From: a bacterium
Lineage (GTDB): Bacteria > Elusimicrobiota > Elusimicrobia > UBA1565 > UBA9628
NCBI GenBank assembly: GCA_021822495.1
Contig: JAKAQO010000003.1
Span: 83,227 to 147,226 of the forward strand
DNA length: 64,000 bases
Direction: 5' to 3'
In this document: positions 9,727 through 18,929 of the stretch, piece by piece
Layout: every line of letters starts with the position of its first letter
Position numbering within the stretch: the first letter of the stretch is position 1
The notes under the pieces: model-generated
Databases searched by the model: none
What the model saw: the letters and a program-made list of their open reading frames with translations, nothing else
What the model was told of the DNA's origin: nothing
Made by a program: the position numbers and the translations under genes

Positions 9727-10694
9727 AAAGCAACAATTTGATGCGATGAAAAAGCGGGATAAGAAACGAAATCAATATCGGATACGGAACCCGGCAAACG
9801 GGTTTCCCAATTCTTCTCAAACTCGCCATTTCTCCAGTCAAAAGAGATTATTCTGCCCCGGTCAAACATCCCAAACGATTCGGCCAATATCCCCCACCGA
9901 GAACTGTTATGGACCGCGAACAAAACCCCTTTGCCAAAGATGAGTCGTGGCGAAAACTCAAGCGTATGAGAACTAGAAGCGGGCCATCTGAGGCGATTGG
10001 CCGATTCCCCATAAGAACCAGGAAGCGCCCATCTCCGTCCTTGAGAAGAAATCTCAAGCCGGTTCCCTGAGATAATCGCAGCCCTAAAATTTTGGCCGCC
10101 CACGCGAGCCGCGGCTTGAGAGTAAAGCCAGCGCGACAGCAGCCGCCCATCGCTTTTGTCGGATGAGGAATACTCTCCTTTTTCGTAGACTATGGGATAA
10201 ATTGAAGACATTGGAAACGGGTCATTGTCTAAAAGCTGTTGACAAAATAAGCCTTCTCCCGTTCCAGAGATTACGCGAACCACATACGGTATCTTGGAAA
10301 GACGCTTCCAATTCTTCCGGGGCAAGGAAAATTCCAGTATGATGGTTCCCACTTGCCCCAAAGCGGCGTCGTAATAAGTCACGAAAAGTTTTGATTTTGA
10401 CCCTGCGCCCAACAACGAGGCGTCCAAAGATAAAATCCGCGCCTGACTCTCAGAAAGCATGTAGACTGAAACGGGAGTTGAAGAAACAACGGGATAGGCA
10501 TAGAGAAAGACCCTCCGCGAAGACGCTGCCGCCAGTTGAAGAGATTGATCCCCGACAAAATCCGCGACCGCAAAATCAACGGCCTTAAAATTGAGAGCCG
10601 GGCTTTTCCACGCAATCCCAGGCGCTTGGGCCGCAAATCCCAAAGATGAGAAAAATAGCGCGAATAAAAAGGTTAGAGAACTTAGAGAGACCAT
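9678..10694 (-). CDS. Hypothetical exported protein.
   Basis: Clear signal peptide (LGFAAQA). A long ORF with protein-like composition and no recognisable motif. Confidence 0.45.
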   Translation of the reverse strand: MVSLSSLTFLFALFFSSLGFAAQAPGIAWKSPALNFKAVDFAVADFVGDQSLQLAAASSRRVFLYAYPVVSSTPVSVYMLSESQARILSLDASLLGAGSKSKLFVTYYDAALGQVGTIILEFSLPRKNWKRLSKIPYVVRVISGTGEGLFCQQLLDNDPFPMSSIYPIVYEKGEYSSSDKSDGRLLSRWLYSQAAARVGGQNFRAAIISGNRLEISSQGRRWALPGSYGESANRLRWPASSSHTLEFSPRLIFGKGVLFAVHNSSRWGILAESFGMFDRGRIISFDWRNGEFEKNWETRLPGSVSDIDFVSYPAFSSHQIVALWVGASKKSHLWAFSF

Positions 10695-10885
10695 TTTAGA
10701 CAGAATATCATTTAAATTTTATTTTTTAAATTTTTATGACCTACCGAAAGGAAGGAGGAAGAACTCAATAGGGGGATGTCCCCTTGCGTTTTACAACGAA
10801 ACAATACAGGACATTTCTAAAAGTCCTTGACAACCCCAACTCCAAAACTTGCCCGTATCCTAGAAAAAATGTTTAGATTGTAATT

Positions 10886-11521
10886 ATGAATATTATTCCC
10901 CAAGTCATTGAGAGATCCAATCAAGGTTCCGTCATCGGTTACGACATTTATTCCCGGCTTTTGAGAGACCGGATTATCTTCGTCGGAGGATATGAAGGCG
11001 AATTCACGACCGATTCGGCCAACATCCTCATCGCGCAGCTTTTATATCTTGAATCAGATGACAACACCAAAGACATCAATCTCTACATCAACTCCCCCGG
11101 AGGCATGGTGACGGCGGGTCTCGCCGTCTATGACACGATGCAGTACATCAAGGCTCCGATTACGACCATCTGCATGGGAATGGCCATGTCTTTCGGCGCG
11201 GTCATTTTAGCCGCGGGCTCCAAGGGCAAGCGCTTTGCCCTTCCGCAATCCCGCATCATGATTCACCAGCCGCTGGTCGGCGGAATATCGGGTCAGGCGA
11301 CCGACATCATCGTCGAGGCAAAGGAAATGGCCTATATCCGCAAGAACCTGGAACAAATTCTCTCCAAACATACGGGGCAACCGGTCGAGAAAATGGCCCG
11401 CGACATGGAGCGCAACTATTATATGTCCGCCGAGGAAGCCAAGGAATACGGCATCATAGATGAGGTCCTCACCGGTTCCAAGGTAGATGCCTTAAGAGCC
11501 GCTCTCACTAGCGCAAAATAG
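10886..11521 (+). CDS. clpP: ATP-dependent Clp protease proteolytic subunit.
   Basis: ClpP Ser/His region ([20 protein letters not shown]...[15 protein letters not shown]...IHQP). Confidence 0.95.
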   Translation: MNIIPQVIERSNQGSVIGYDIYSRLLRDRIIFVGGYEGEFTTDSANILIAQLLYLESDDNTKDINLYINSPGGMVTAGLAVYDTMQYIKAPITTICMGMAMSFGAVILAAGSKGKRFALPQSRIMIHQPLVGGISGQATDIIVEAKEMAYIRKNLEQILSKHTGQPVEKMARDMERNYYMSAEEAKEYGIIDEVLTGSKVDALRAALTSAK

Positions 11522-11681
11522 GCGGGCGCCAAAGGCCGCAACCGCCATTCCCGTCAACGTCATTTTTGCCTTCGTCGTTTTCATTCTCCTCCGCTAAACA
11601 CGGCAAAAGACCTACGAAAAAAACCTTTGTCTTTTCCCAAGCATTGACAAATTCGAGTTCCTCCATTACCCTATAAACAGA

Positions 11682-13466
11682 ATGCCAAACGCTGAACCTT
11701 CTCTTTCATCATTAGGATTGCCCAGGCGCCTGACTGATCTATTGGTTTCCCAAGGGCTTCTCAGCCGGGATGATCTATCGGAAGCCCTCAAGGAACAACA
11801 TAAGACCGGCGGAAAATTGGGCGCGATTCTTATTTCAAAAGGCCTGTTGACGGAAGAGCAATTCCTCTCATTTTTAGGAGACCAATGCGGTATTCGCTAC
11901 GTGTCCTTATCTGAATTCAAATTTGAAGACAATGTCTTGGAGTTAATCCCCGAATCCATCGCCCGGCAACAGATTCTCATTCCCTGCCGGAAATCCGAAG
12001 ACAATGTCCTGACGGTCGCGGTCGCGGATCCCCTTAACGTCATGGTTTTAGACGACCTGAAGATGATGACGGGCTCCGAAATATCGGCGGTCCTGGCCTC
12101 GGAGTCCGAGATATTGGCGGCCATTGACAAGGGATATCACTCGATGAGCGCGGAAGATGCGCTCGATGAAATCGTCCATCAAAGCGACGCCTCCGAAAAC
12201 GCCACGGATATAGCCCTCGACCAAGACTCAGATACCCAGGAAGTAGTCGAAGACGTTCGGGGACTTGAAAAATCAGCGTCGGATGCGCCGGTCATTAAGA
12301 TGGTCAATTTGATTTTGTCCAACGCCGTCAAGGATCACGCCTCAGACATCCATATCGAGGCTTTCCCAAAAGAAATCCGAATTCGCTACCGCATCGACGG
12401 AGTTTTGCATGAGCGCCCCGCTCCGCCCAAGAAATTTCATCAAGCCCTCACAACCCGCGTTAAAATCATGGCGAACCTCAACATCGCCGAGCGCCGCGTG
12501 CCTCAGGATGGACGCATCAAAATCAAGGCCAATGGCAAAGAAATTGACTTGCGCGTCTCGGTCTTGCCCTGCGCGCCCGGGGAAAAAATCGTCATGCGTA
12601 TTTTGGATTCATCCGGACTCAAGGTCCAGATGAGCCAATTGGGGTTTGAACCGGAAGCCTTGGCCGTCTTCAACAAATGTATGAATGCCCCTTATGGAAT
12701 TAACCTCATCACCGGTCCAACGGGATCTGGAAAATCAACCACCCTTTATTCGGCTCTCGCCAATTTAAACACGCCCGACACCAACATAATCACGGTCGAG
12801 GATCCGGTCGAATATCAACTGCACGGCATCAACCAGGTCCAGGTCAACCCTCACGCGGGACTGACTTTTGCCTCGGCCCTTCGCTCCTTTTTGAGGCAAG
12901 ACCCCGACATCATCATGGTCGGGGAAACCCGCGATCTTGAAACGGCTCAGATTGCCATCAACGCCGCCTTGACCGGACATTTGGTTTTCACGACTCTTCA
13001 TACTAATGACGCGCCAAGTTCCATTACTCGGCTTTCCATGATGGGAGTCGAGCCCTTTTTGATCAGCGCCGCCGTTTTGATGGTCGAAGCCCAAAGGCTC
13101 GTGCGTAGTGTTTGCCCCAAATGCAAGGAAGCCTATGAAGTCGATGTCGGCTCTCTTATCAAGCATAGCATCCCCGAAGAAGCCCTCAAGCCCAAAAACG
13201 GGAAAGTGACGCTTTATAAAGGAAAAGGATGCGAGCATTGCGCAAACACCGGCTACCGGGGCCGCCTCGGCCTTTACGAGGTGTTAGAAGTCACCGATTC
13301 GATTCGGGAATTAATTTTAAACAAGGCTCCGACCTCGGAAATAAAAAAAGTTGGAATCAAGCAAGGAATGCTCACTTTGCGCGCTTGCGCCTTGAGAAAG
13401 CTCTTAGAAGGAGCGACGACGGTTGAGGAAATGATCCGGGTGACGGCTTCCGATATAGAAACATGA
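11682..13466 (+). CDS. pilB: Type IV pilus assembly / type II secretion ATPase, GspE/PilB family.
   Basis: N-terminal GSPII_E_N domain. Walker A GPTGSGKSTT. Asp box, His box and a tetracysteine motif (CPKC...CEHC). Confidence 0.9.
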   Translation: MPNAEPSLSSLGLPRRLTDLLVSQGLLSRDDLSEALKEQHKTGGKLGAILISKGLLTEEQFLSFLGDQCGIRYVSLSEFKFEDNVLELIPESIARQQILIPCRKSEDNVLTVAVADPLNVMVLDDLKMMTGSEISAVLASESEILAAIDKGYHSMSAEDALDEIVHQSDASENATDIALDQDSDTQEVVEDVRGLEKSASDAPVIKMVNLILSNAVKDHASDIHIEAFPKEIRIRYRIDGVLHERPAPPKKFHQALTTRVKIMANLNIAERRVPQDGRIKIKANGKEIDLRVSVLPCAPGEKIVMRILDSSGLKVQMSQLGFEPEALAVFNKCMNAPYGINLITGPTGSGKSTTLYSALANLNTPDTNIITVEDPVEYQLHGINQVQVNPHAGLTFASALRSFLRQDPDIIMVGETRDLETAQIAINAALTGHLVFTTLHTNDAPSSITRLSMMGVEPFLISAAVLMVEAQRLVRSVCPKCKEAYEVDVGSLIKHSIPEEALKPKNGKVTLYKGKGCEHCANTGYRGRLGLYEVLEVTDSIRELILNKAPTSEIKKVGIKQGMLTLRACALRKLLEGATTVEEMIRVTASDIET

Positions 13467-13496
13467 ACACGCCTGCCAATACCAAAAGGAGAAATT

Positions 13497-14576
13497 ATGG
13501 CCTCTCTAAGTGAACTCTTCATGCTCATGCACCAGCGCGGAGCCTCAGACCTTCATCTCACCGTCGGCGCGCCCCCCATCCTTCGTATTGACGGCGAACT
13601 CGTTCCCCTGCCCTTTGAAAAATTAACTCCGGAAACGACCCAACAATTGATTTTTTCGCTTCTTAACGATCAGCAAAAACAGCGTTTTGACGCGACCAAT
13701 GAACTCGATTTGGCCTTGGGAATTAAGGGCATCGGACGCCTGCGCGTTAATATTTTTAGACAGCGGGGAGCGGTTGGGGCCGCCATTCGCTCAATTCCCA
13801 ACCAGTTTAAGACTTTTGAGCAATTGGGCCTGCCCAAGACGGTCGAGGACTTGGTCAATATCCCGAAAGGACTGATTCTAGTCACCGGCCCCACGGGGTC
13901 CGGAAAATCAACCACCTTGGCCAGCATCATTGACTACATCAACGAACACCAAACCGTTCATATCGTCACCGTCGAAGATCCCATCGAATACGTCCATTCC
14001 CACAAAAAATCCATCATCAACCAAAGAGAAGTGGGCCAAGACACGGAGAGTTTTCCCACGGCTCTTAAATATGTTCTCAGGCAAGACCCCAATGTCATTC
14101 TCATCGGAGAGTTGCGGGACTTAGACACGATTTCCTCCGCTTTGACCATCGCCGAAACCGGCCATTTGGTATTTGGAACGCTCCATACCAATGACTGCGC
14201 GCAATCCATCAACCGCTTGATCGACGTCTTTCCGCCGCACCAAATCAACCAAATCAGGGTCCAACTTTCTTTCGTTCTCCAAGCCGTCATGTCCCAGCAG
14301 CTTCTGTCCAACGCCTCGGGAACGGGAAGATCACTTGCCTGCGAGCTTCTCATGGTTACCTCCGCTGTCAGAAACTTAATCCGCGAACAAAAAATAGAGC
14401 AGATTCAACTCTCCATTCAAACCGGCGGAAAATTTGGAATGCAGACCATGAACCAGTCCCTGGCCACCCTCTGTCGCGAGAAAAAAATCACGCTCCAGGA
14501 AGCTTTTCTGCACTCAACGGATCCAGAGGATCTCAAGAGACTTCTCAATCAAAGTCAGATGCCTTCGATAGTTTGA
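13497..14576 (+). CDS. pilT: Twitching-motility retraction ATPase PilT.
   Basis: About 360 aa. GPTGSGKSTTLASIIDYIN. Conserved PilT C-terminus. Confidence 0.9.
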   Translation: MASLSELFMLMHQRGASDLHLTVGAPPILRIDGELVPLPFEKLTPETTQQLIFSLLNDQQKQRFDATNELDLALGIKGIGRLRVNIFRQRGAVGAAIRSIPNQFKTFEQLGLPKTVEDLVNIPKGLILVTGPTGSGKSTTLASIIDYINEHQTVHIVTVEDPIEYVHSHKKSIINQREVGQDTESFPTALKYVLRQDPNVILIGELRDLDTISSALTIAETGHLVFGTLHTNDCAQSINRLIDVFPPHQINQIRVQLSFVLQAVMSQQLLSNASGTGRSLACELLMVTSAVRNLIREQKIEQIQLSIQTGGKFGMQTMNQSLATLCREKKITLQEAFLHSTDPEDLKRLLNQSQMPSIV

Positions 14577-14585
14577 CAATAATCT

Positions 14586-15806
14586 ATGCCCACATTCGCC
14601 TATAAAGTCAAAGCGGGGGACGGAAAAATTACCGCCGGCTCCATTGATGCCGACGCCCCGCGCTCGGCCATCGATCGTTTGAGGTCCCAAAAGCTGGTTG
14701 TTTTGGAAATCGCGGAAAAAAAACCCGGCGTTTCCGATGCGTTTAGAGGTTTGTTCAAGGGCAAGGTTTCCTCAAGAGAACTCACTCTCTTTTCCCGCCA
14801 ACTTGCGACCCTGGTCGCGGCCGGAGTGCCCATCGTTCAAAGTCTCGGCATTTTGGAAGGGCAGGCGGAAAGCAAAACATTTCATGAGGTTCTAGGAGCG
14901 GTCAAGGCCGACATTGAAGGCGGCCTGTCCATTTCGGACGCTTTAAAAAAACATCCGCGAGCCTTTCCTGACCTCTATACATCGATGGTCAAAGCCGGAG
15001 AACTGGGCGGAATTCTCGATTCCATTCTCGAACGCTTGAGCGTCTATCTGGAGAGCTCCGAAGCCTTAAAGGGCAAGGTCAAATCAGCAATGACCTACCC
15101 AATCGTGGTGCTCAGCATTTGCGCCGCGGTCACTATTTTTCTTCTCATTTTCGTCATCCCGACTTTTAAGGCGATTTTTGCGAGTTTCCATTCCGCCCTT
15201 CCGGCGCCCACCCAAGCGCTGTTGGATCTTTCGGACTTTCTCAGACACAATTTCTGGATCATCTTCGTAGTCCCCTTGGCCGCATGGAGAGCTTTTAAAT
15301 TCGCTTACGCCAATCCTAAAGGTCGCCGTTGGATTGATGGACACATTCTCAAAATTCCCATGTTCGGCGTTTTACTGAGGAAATTCGCCATCGCCCGCTT
15401 TTCAAGAACCCTGGGGACTCTCATTAAATCCGGCGTGCCCATTCTCCAAGCCCTTGAAACCGTCGCTCAAACCGCGGGCAACGTGGTTATTTCAGACGCT
15501 ATTTTATCAGCCAGGCAAGCGATCAGGGAAGGCGGACACTTAAGCGAACCGCTTAAGAAATGCGGGATTTTCCCGACCATGGTCACCTCGATGATTTCCG
15601 TTGGGGAGGAAACTGGAAATTTAGATCAAATGCTCCAAAAGATCGCTGATTTTTACGACCAGGAGGTCGATGCCGCCGTCAAGGGTCTCACTTCCATGAT
15701 TGAACCCATCGTCATCGTGGTGATGGGAATTGTCATCGGCACCATTGTTATCGCGATGTTCTTGCCGATGTTCGACATGGATGAACTCGTCAGTAAAACA
15801 CAATAA
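14586..15806 (+). CDS. pilC: Type IV pilus inner-membrane platform protein, PilC/GspF family.
   Basis: Duplicated GspF domain. About 400 aa with 3 TM segments. Adjacent to pilB and pilT. Confidence 0.85.
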   Translation: MPTFAYKVKAGDGKITAGSIDADAPRSAIDRLRSQKLVVLEIAEKKPGVSDAFRGLFKGKVSSRELTLFSRQLATLVAAGVPIVQSLGILEGQAESKTFHEVLGAVKADIEGGLSISDALKKHPRAFPDLYTSMVKAGELGGILDSILERLSVYLESSEALKGKVKSAMTYPIVVLSICAAVTIFLLIFVIPTFKAIFASFHSALPAPTQALLDLSDFLRHNFWIIFVVPLAAWRAFKFAYANPKGRRWIDGHILKIPMFGVLLRKFAIARFSRTLGTLIKSGVPILQALETVAQTAGNVVISDAILSARQAIREGGHLSEPLKKCGIFPTMVTSMISVGEETGNLDQMLQKIADFYDQEVDAAVKGLTSMIEPIVIVVMGIVIGTIVIAMFLPMFDMDELVSKTQ

Positions 15807-15823
15807 CTGGATTTCAAAACCAC

Positions 15824-17128
15824 CTAACGACTCAAAAGCTTTTTGTCCCGAAGCAGGCGATGGTAACGAATTCCAAATCGATGCGCCTCGTCTCTTAAAT
15901 TTTCCAGAAGATTTCGCGCCGCGCTTCCCCGCTCTAAAATGACGGATTCAGATCGCCCGGGAACAAAAACCTCTTCCAATCGCTTGGCCAAGGAAATGAC
16001 AGGAACATGGACCCCAATCTCTTTAAGCGCCACGACCGCGGCGGAAAGTTGCCCTTTCCCGCCGTCAATAAGGATCAAATCTGGATAGGTCTTGCCTTCT
16101 TTTTTTAAGCGCAGATACCTCCTTCGCACGACTTCCGCCATGGATTTGAAATCGTCAATTCCCGTCGTTTCCTTGATTTTAAATTTCCGATAATGCGCTT
16201 TGTGCGGAACTCCTCCTTCAAAGCAAACCATGGACGCCACGGTTTCATGTCCCTGAAAATGGGAGATATCGAAACACTCAATATGAAAAGGCGGAGTTTT
16301 GAGGCCCAAAACCTCTTGAAGCGCGCTCACCGAACGGGAAGAACCGAGAGTCTCGCCTAAATCGTCAGGTTTTAGAGCCCGCAAGCGCACGTTTTCCCCC
16401 ATTTGGGATAAGCCCGCGAGACTGTCTCTTAATCGAGCCGCCCGCTCGTAATCGAGTTTGGAAGAAGCCGCCTTCATTTCCAGAGACAAAGACTTTTTTA
16501 GTTTTTCATACTCTCCTTTAAAAAACAATCTCGCCTTTTCAGCTTCCCCACGATACTCCTCGTAAGAAACAAGCCCGGCGCAAGGCGCCGGACAGTCGCC
16601 GGTATGATAATAAAGGCAGGAATTAATTTTCTGAGGAGCCAAGGGACGCTCAAAGCCAAAATCCCAGCGGCAGGGCCTGAGCCTGAAATACCCGCGCCGC
16701 CACAAAAAGCGCAAAAGCCCGCGCACCGGAGAAACCTTGGGAAAAGGACCAAAATAAACGCCTCCATCCGCCATTTTTTTGCGAACGAGAAAAATCCGCG
16801 GAAAATCTTCATTAAGGCTGATTTTGACATAGGGATAAGCCTTGTCGTCTTTGAGGGCAATATTAAAAAAAGGCTTTTTCTCTTTAATTAAGGTTCGTTC
16901 AAGAAGAAGCGCTTCCCGTTCGGAAGCGCAGGGAATATAGTCGATTCTCCGAATGAGCGGGGATAGAACCGAGGTTTTTAAATTCGCGCGCGCCGGATTA
17001 AAGTATTGAGAGACGCGCTTGGACAAATCCTTCGCTTTCCCGATATAGAGGATATCGGAAGCGGCGTCCCGCATCAAATAAACCCCGCAAGTATGCGGGA
17101 CATGCGCGTAGAGGTCTTTTCGCTCCAT
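15824..17128 (-). CDS. uvrC: Excinuclease ABC subunit C, a short form lacking the C-terminal (HhH)2 domain.
   Basis: GIY-YIG domain (GVYLMRD...ILYIGKAKDLSKRVSQYF). UvrC Cys-rich region. RNaseH-like endonuclease domain. Start taken at MERKDLY. The ORF is open to 17206. Confidence 0.8.
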   Translation of the reverse strand: MERKDLYAHVPHTCGVYLMRDAASDILYIGKAKDLSKRVSQYFNPARANLKTSVLSPLIRRIDYIPCASEREALLLERTLIKEKKPFFNIALKDDKAYPYVKISLNEDFPRIFLVRKKMADGGVYFGPFPKVSPVRGLLRFLWRRGYFRLRPCRWDFGFERPLAPQKINSCLYYHTGDCPAPCAGLVSYEEYRGEAEKARLFFKGEYEKLKKSLSLEMKAASSKLDYERAARLRDSLAGLSQMGENVRLRALKPDDLGETLGSSRSVSALQEVLGLKTPPFHIECFDISHFQGHETVASMVCFEGGVPHKAHYRKFKIKETTGIDDFKSMAEVVRRRYLRLKKEGKTYPDLILIDGGKGQLSAAVVALKEIGVHVPVISLAKRLEEVFVPGRSESVILERGSAARNLLENLRDEAHRFGIRYHRLLRDKKLLSR

Positions 17129-17153
17129 GGCCACTTTAGTATACGTAACTCTA

Positions 17154-17182
17154 TTGACAAACGAAAATCGAGGGGTTACACT
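17154..17182 (+). promoter_or_regulatory. Candidate promoter TTGACA-17nt-TACACT for the ankyrin gene. The -10 ends 8 nt before the ATG.
   Basis: A consensus -35 with exact 17-nt spacing. No Shine-Dalgarno sequence. Confidence 0.4.
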
Positions 17183-17190
17183 GGGAAGAG

Positions 17191-17925
17191 ATGAGAAAAT
17201 TGGCAAGGTCTATTTTATGGACGGCGCTATTGGTTCTGCCGCCATTTCCAGCCTCGGCTGCGAATTCAAACTCAAGCCTCATTACTGCCGTCAAAGAAGG
17301 ACAGGAAAACACGGCTTTAAGTCTTTTGTCGCAAGGAGCCAACCCCAATGCGTTTGATCAATATGGATATACGGCAACCATGTGGGCCGTCAGCCGCGGG
17401 GATTCAGCCCTCCTTTCCGCGCTCATTAAAGCGGGCGGAGATTTACAGCATGTTCCATCATCCTTTAACCCCGTCATTGAGGCCGCCAAGGCGGGAAACG
17501 CGGGCAACCTGACCCTCTTAGCCTCTCTTGGATATAATGTCAACGGAGTTGACGCCCTGGGAAATTCCGCTCTGATGTATGCCGCAGTAGACGGTTCAAC
17601 GGTCGCGGTTCAAGCGCTTCTCACCGCCAAAGCTAATGTCAACGCCGCGGATATTCATGGGCAAACCGCTCTCATCAAGACGGCCCAGAATGGAAACGCG
17701 GCCATGGTTTCATTTCTTGCGTCCAACGGGGCCAATCTCAACGCCCAAGATCATTTTGGATACAGCGCTCTCATGTGGGCGGCGCACAACGGACAGCTCG
17801 CCGTGGTTCAAGCTCTTTTGGCCAAAAATGCTTCCACATCCCTTCAAGGCCTCGATGGAATGACGGCTCTCTCCATCGCTCAAAAGCGGGGATATGCCCA
17901 AATCGCCAACATTCTCAAAGGCTAG
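17191..17925 (+). CDS. Secreted ankyrin-repeat protein.
   Basis: Signal peptide (PFPASAA). About 6 ANK repeats (G.TALM.AA..G. pattern repeated). Confidence 0.8.
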   Translation: MRKLARSILWTALLVLPPFPASAANSNSSLITAVKEGQENTALSLLSQGANPNAFDQYGYTATMWAVSRGDSALLSALIKAGGDLQHVPSSFNPVIEAAKAGNAGNLTLLASLGYNVNGVDALGNSALMYAAVDGSTVAVQALLTAKANVNAADIHGQTALIKTAQNGNAAMVSFLASNGANLNAQDHFGYSALMWAAHNGQLAVVQALLAKNASTSLQGLDGMTALSIAQKRGYAQIANILKG

Positions 17926-17956
17926 GCTCCGTGAGAAAATAAGCTAAACTTAAGGC

Positions 17957-18898
17957 ATGGACGCGGAAGCCCCTGACCCTGGCTTAGATGCCCTCGCTTT
18001 TTCATCTTTCTCAAGCAAGTTGAAATTTTTCCTTAAAGGATTTAAGAGAAGGCCTTCCGCTCTCATTGGGCTTTCGCTGATTTTGTTTTTTATTCTTATC
18101 GCGGCCCTCAGCTCCTGGCTGGCCCCCGTTCCGCCCGACAGCCGAAACCCTTACCTGATTCCGGAATTCGGATACAGCCCGGAACCCAAACTACCCAGCC
18201 GCGTCCATCCTTTTGGAACAACCGAGGATCAGTACGACCTTTATTATGGAATGGTCTGGGGCACGCGAACGGCCCTCAAGGTCGCTTTGACGGTAGTCGG
18301 CTTCTCTGTCTTCCTGGGAATTGTCCTGGGCGGACTCTCAGGATATTTCGGCGGATGGGTGGATGAGCTCATCATGCGCTTTACCGACGTCATTTTAGCC
18401 CTCCCAAGCCTTCTCTTAGCTGTCGTCATCGTCGCGATTACCGGCCCCAGCCTCAGCCATGTGATGATTTCGGTCACCGCCGTTTCCTGGCCGTCTTACG
18501 CGCGGCTTCTGAGAGGAGATGTTCTAGCGATTAGAAACCGGGAATTTATTCAGGCCTCCCGCGCGATGGGCGCCTCTCACCTGCGCATCTTCTTAAAGCA
18601 TATTCTTCCCAACTGCATTTACCCGATATTAGTTCTCGCCTCTCTCGATATGGGCTCTATCGTCATTACGGCCGCGGCGCTCAGCTTCTTGGGTCTTGGA
18701 GCGCCTTTAGGTTATGCCGACTGGGGACAACTGATTTCTCTCTCTCGAGACTGGATTATGGGCTCGTCCGGAAATCCTTTTGCTTACTGGAACACTTTTA
18801 CCATCCCCGGTCTTGCCATTTTTCTCTTTGTTTTAGGCTGGAATCTTCTCGGCGACGGCCTCAGAGATATCCTTGATCCAAGATCGGCCAGTCATTGA
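17957..18898 (+). CDS. ABC transporter permease, DppC/OppC/NikC family.
   Basis: 6 TM helices. EAA-like loop (ASRAMGASHLRIFLKHILP). No ATPase or substrate-binding-protein gene is adjacent. Confidence 0.8.
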   Translation: MDAEAPDPGLDALAFSSFSSKLKFFLKGFKRRPSALIGLSLILFFILIAALSSWLAPVPPDSRNPYLIPEFGYSPEPKLPSRVHPFGTTEDQYDLYYGMVWGTRTALKVALTVVGFSVFLGIVLGGLSGYFGGWVDELIMRFTDVILALPSLLLAVVIVAITGPSLSHVMISVTAVSWPSYARLLRGDVLAIRNREFIQASRAMGASHLRIFLKHILPNCIYPILVLASLDMGSIVITAAALSFLGLGAPLGYADWGQLISLSRDWIMGSSGNPFAYWNTFTIPGLAIFLFVLGWNLLGDGLRDILDPRSASH

Positions 18899-18929
18899 CC
18901 TTTAACCCTCGTTTTGACAAAATAGACCC

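Noticed and set aside
10695-10885. A possible sigma32-type heat-shock promoter for clpP (CTTGACA...CCCCAACT).
   Set aside because: The spacing between the elements does not fit the sigma32 consensus. Only a weak -10-like TAGATT near the ATG can be supported.
12765-13238. A 157-aa minus-strand ORF.
   Set aside because: It lies inside pilB on the opposite strand.
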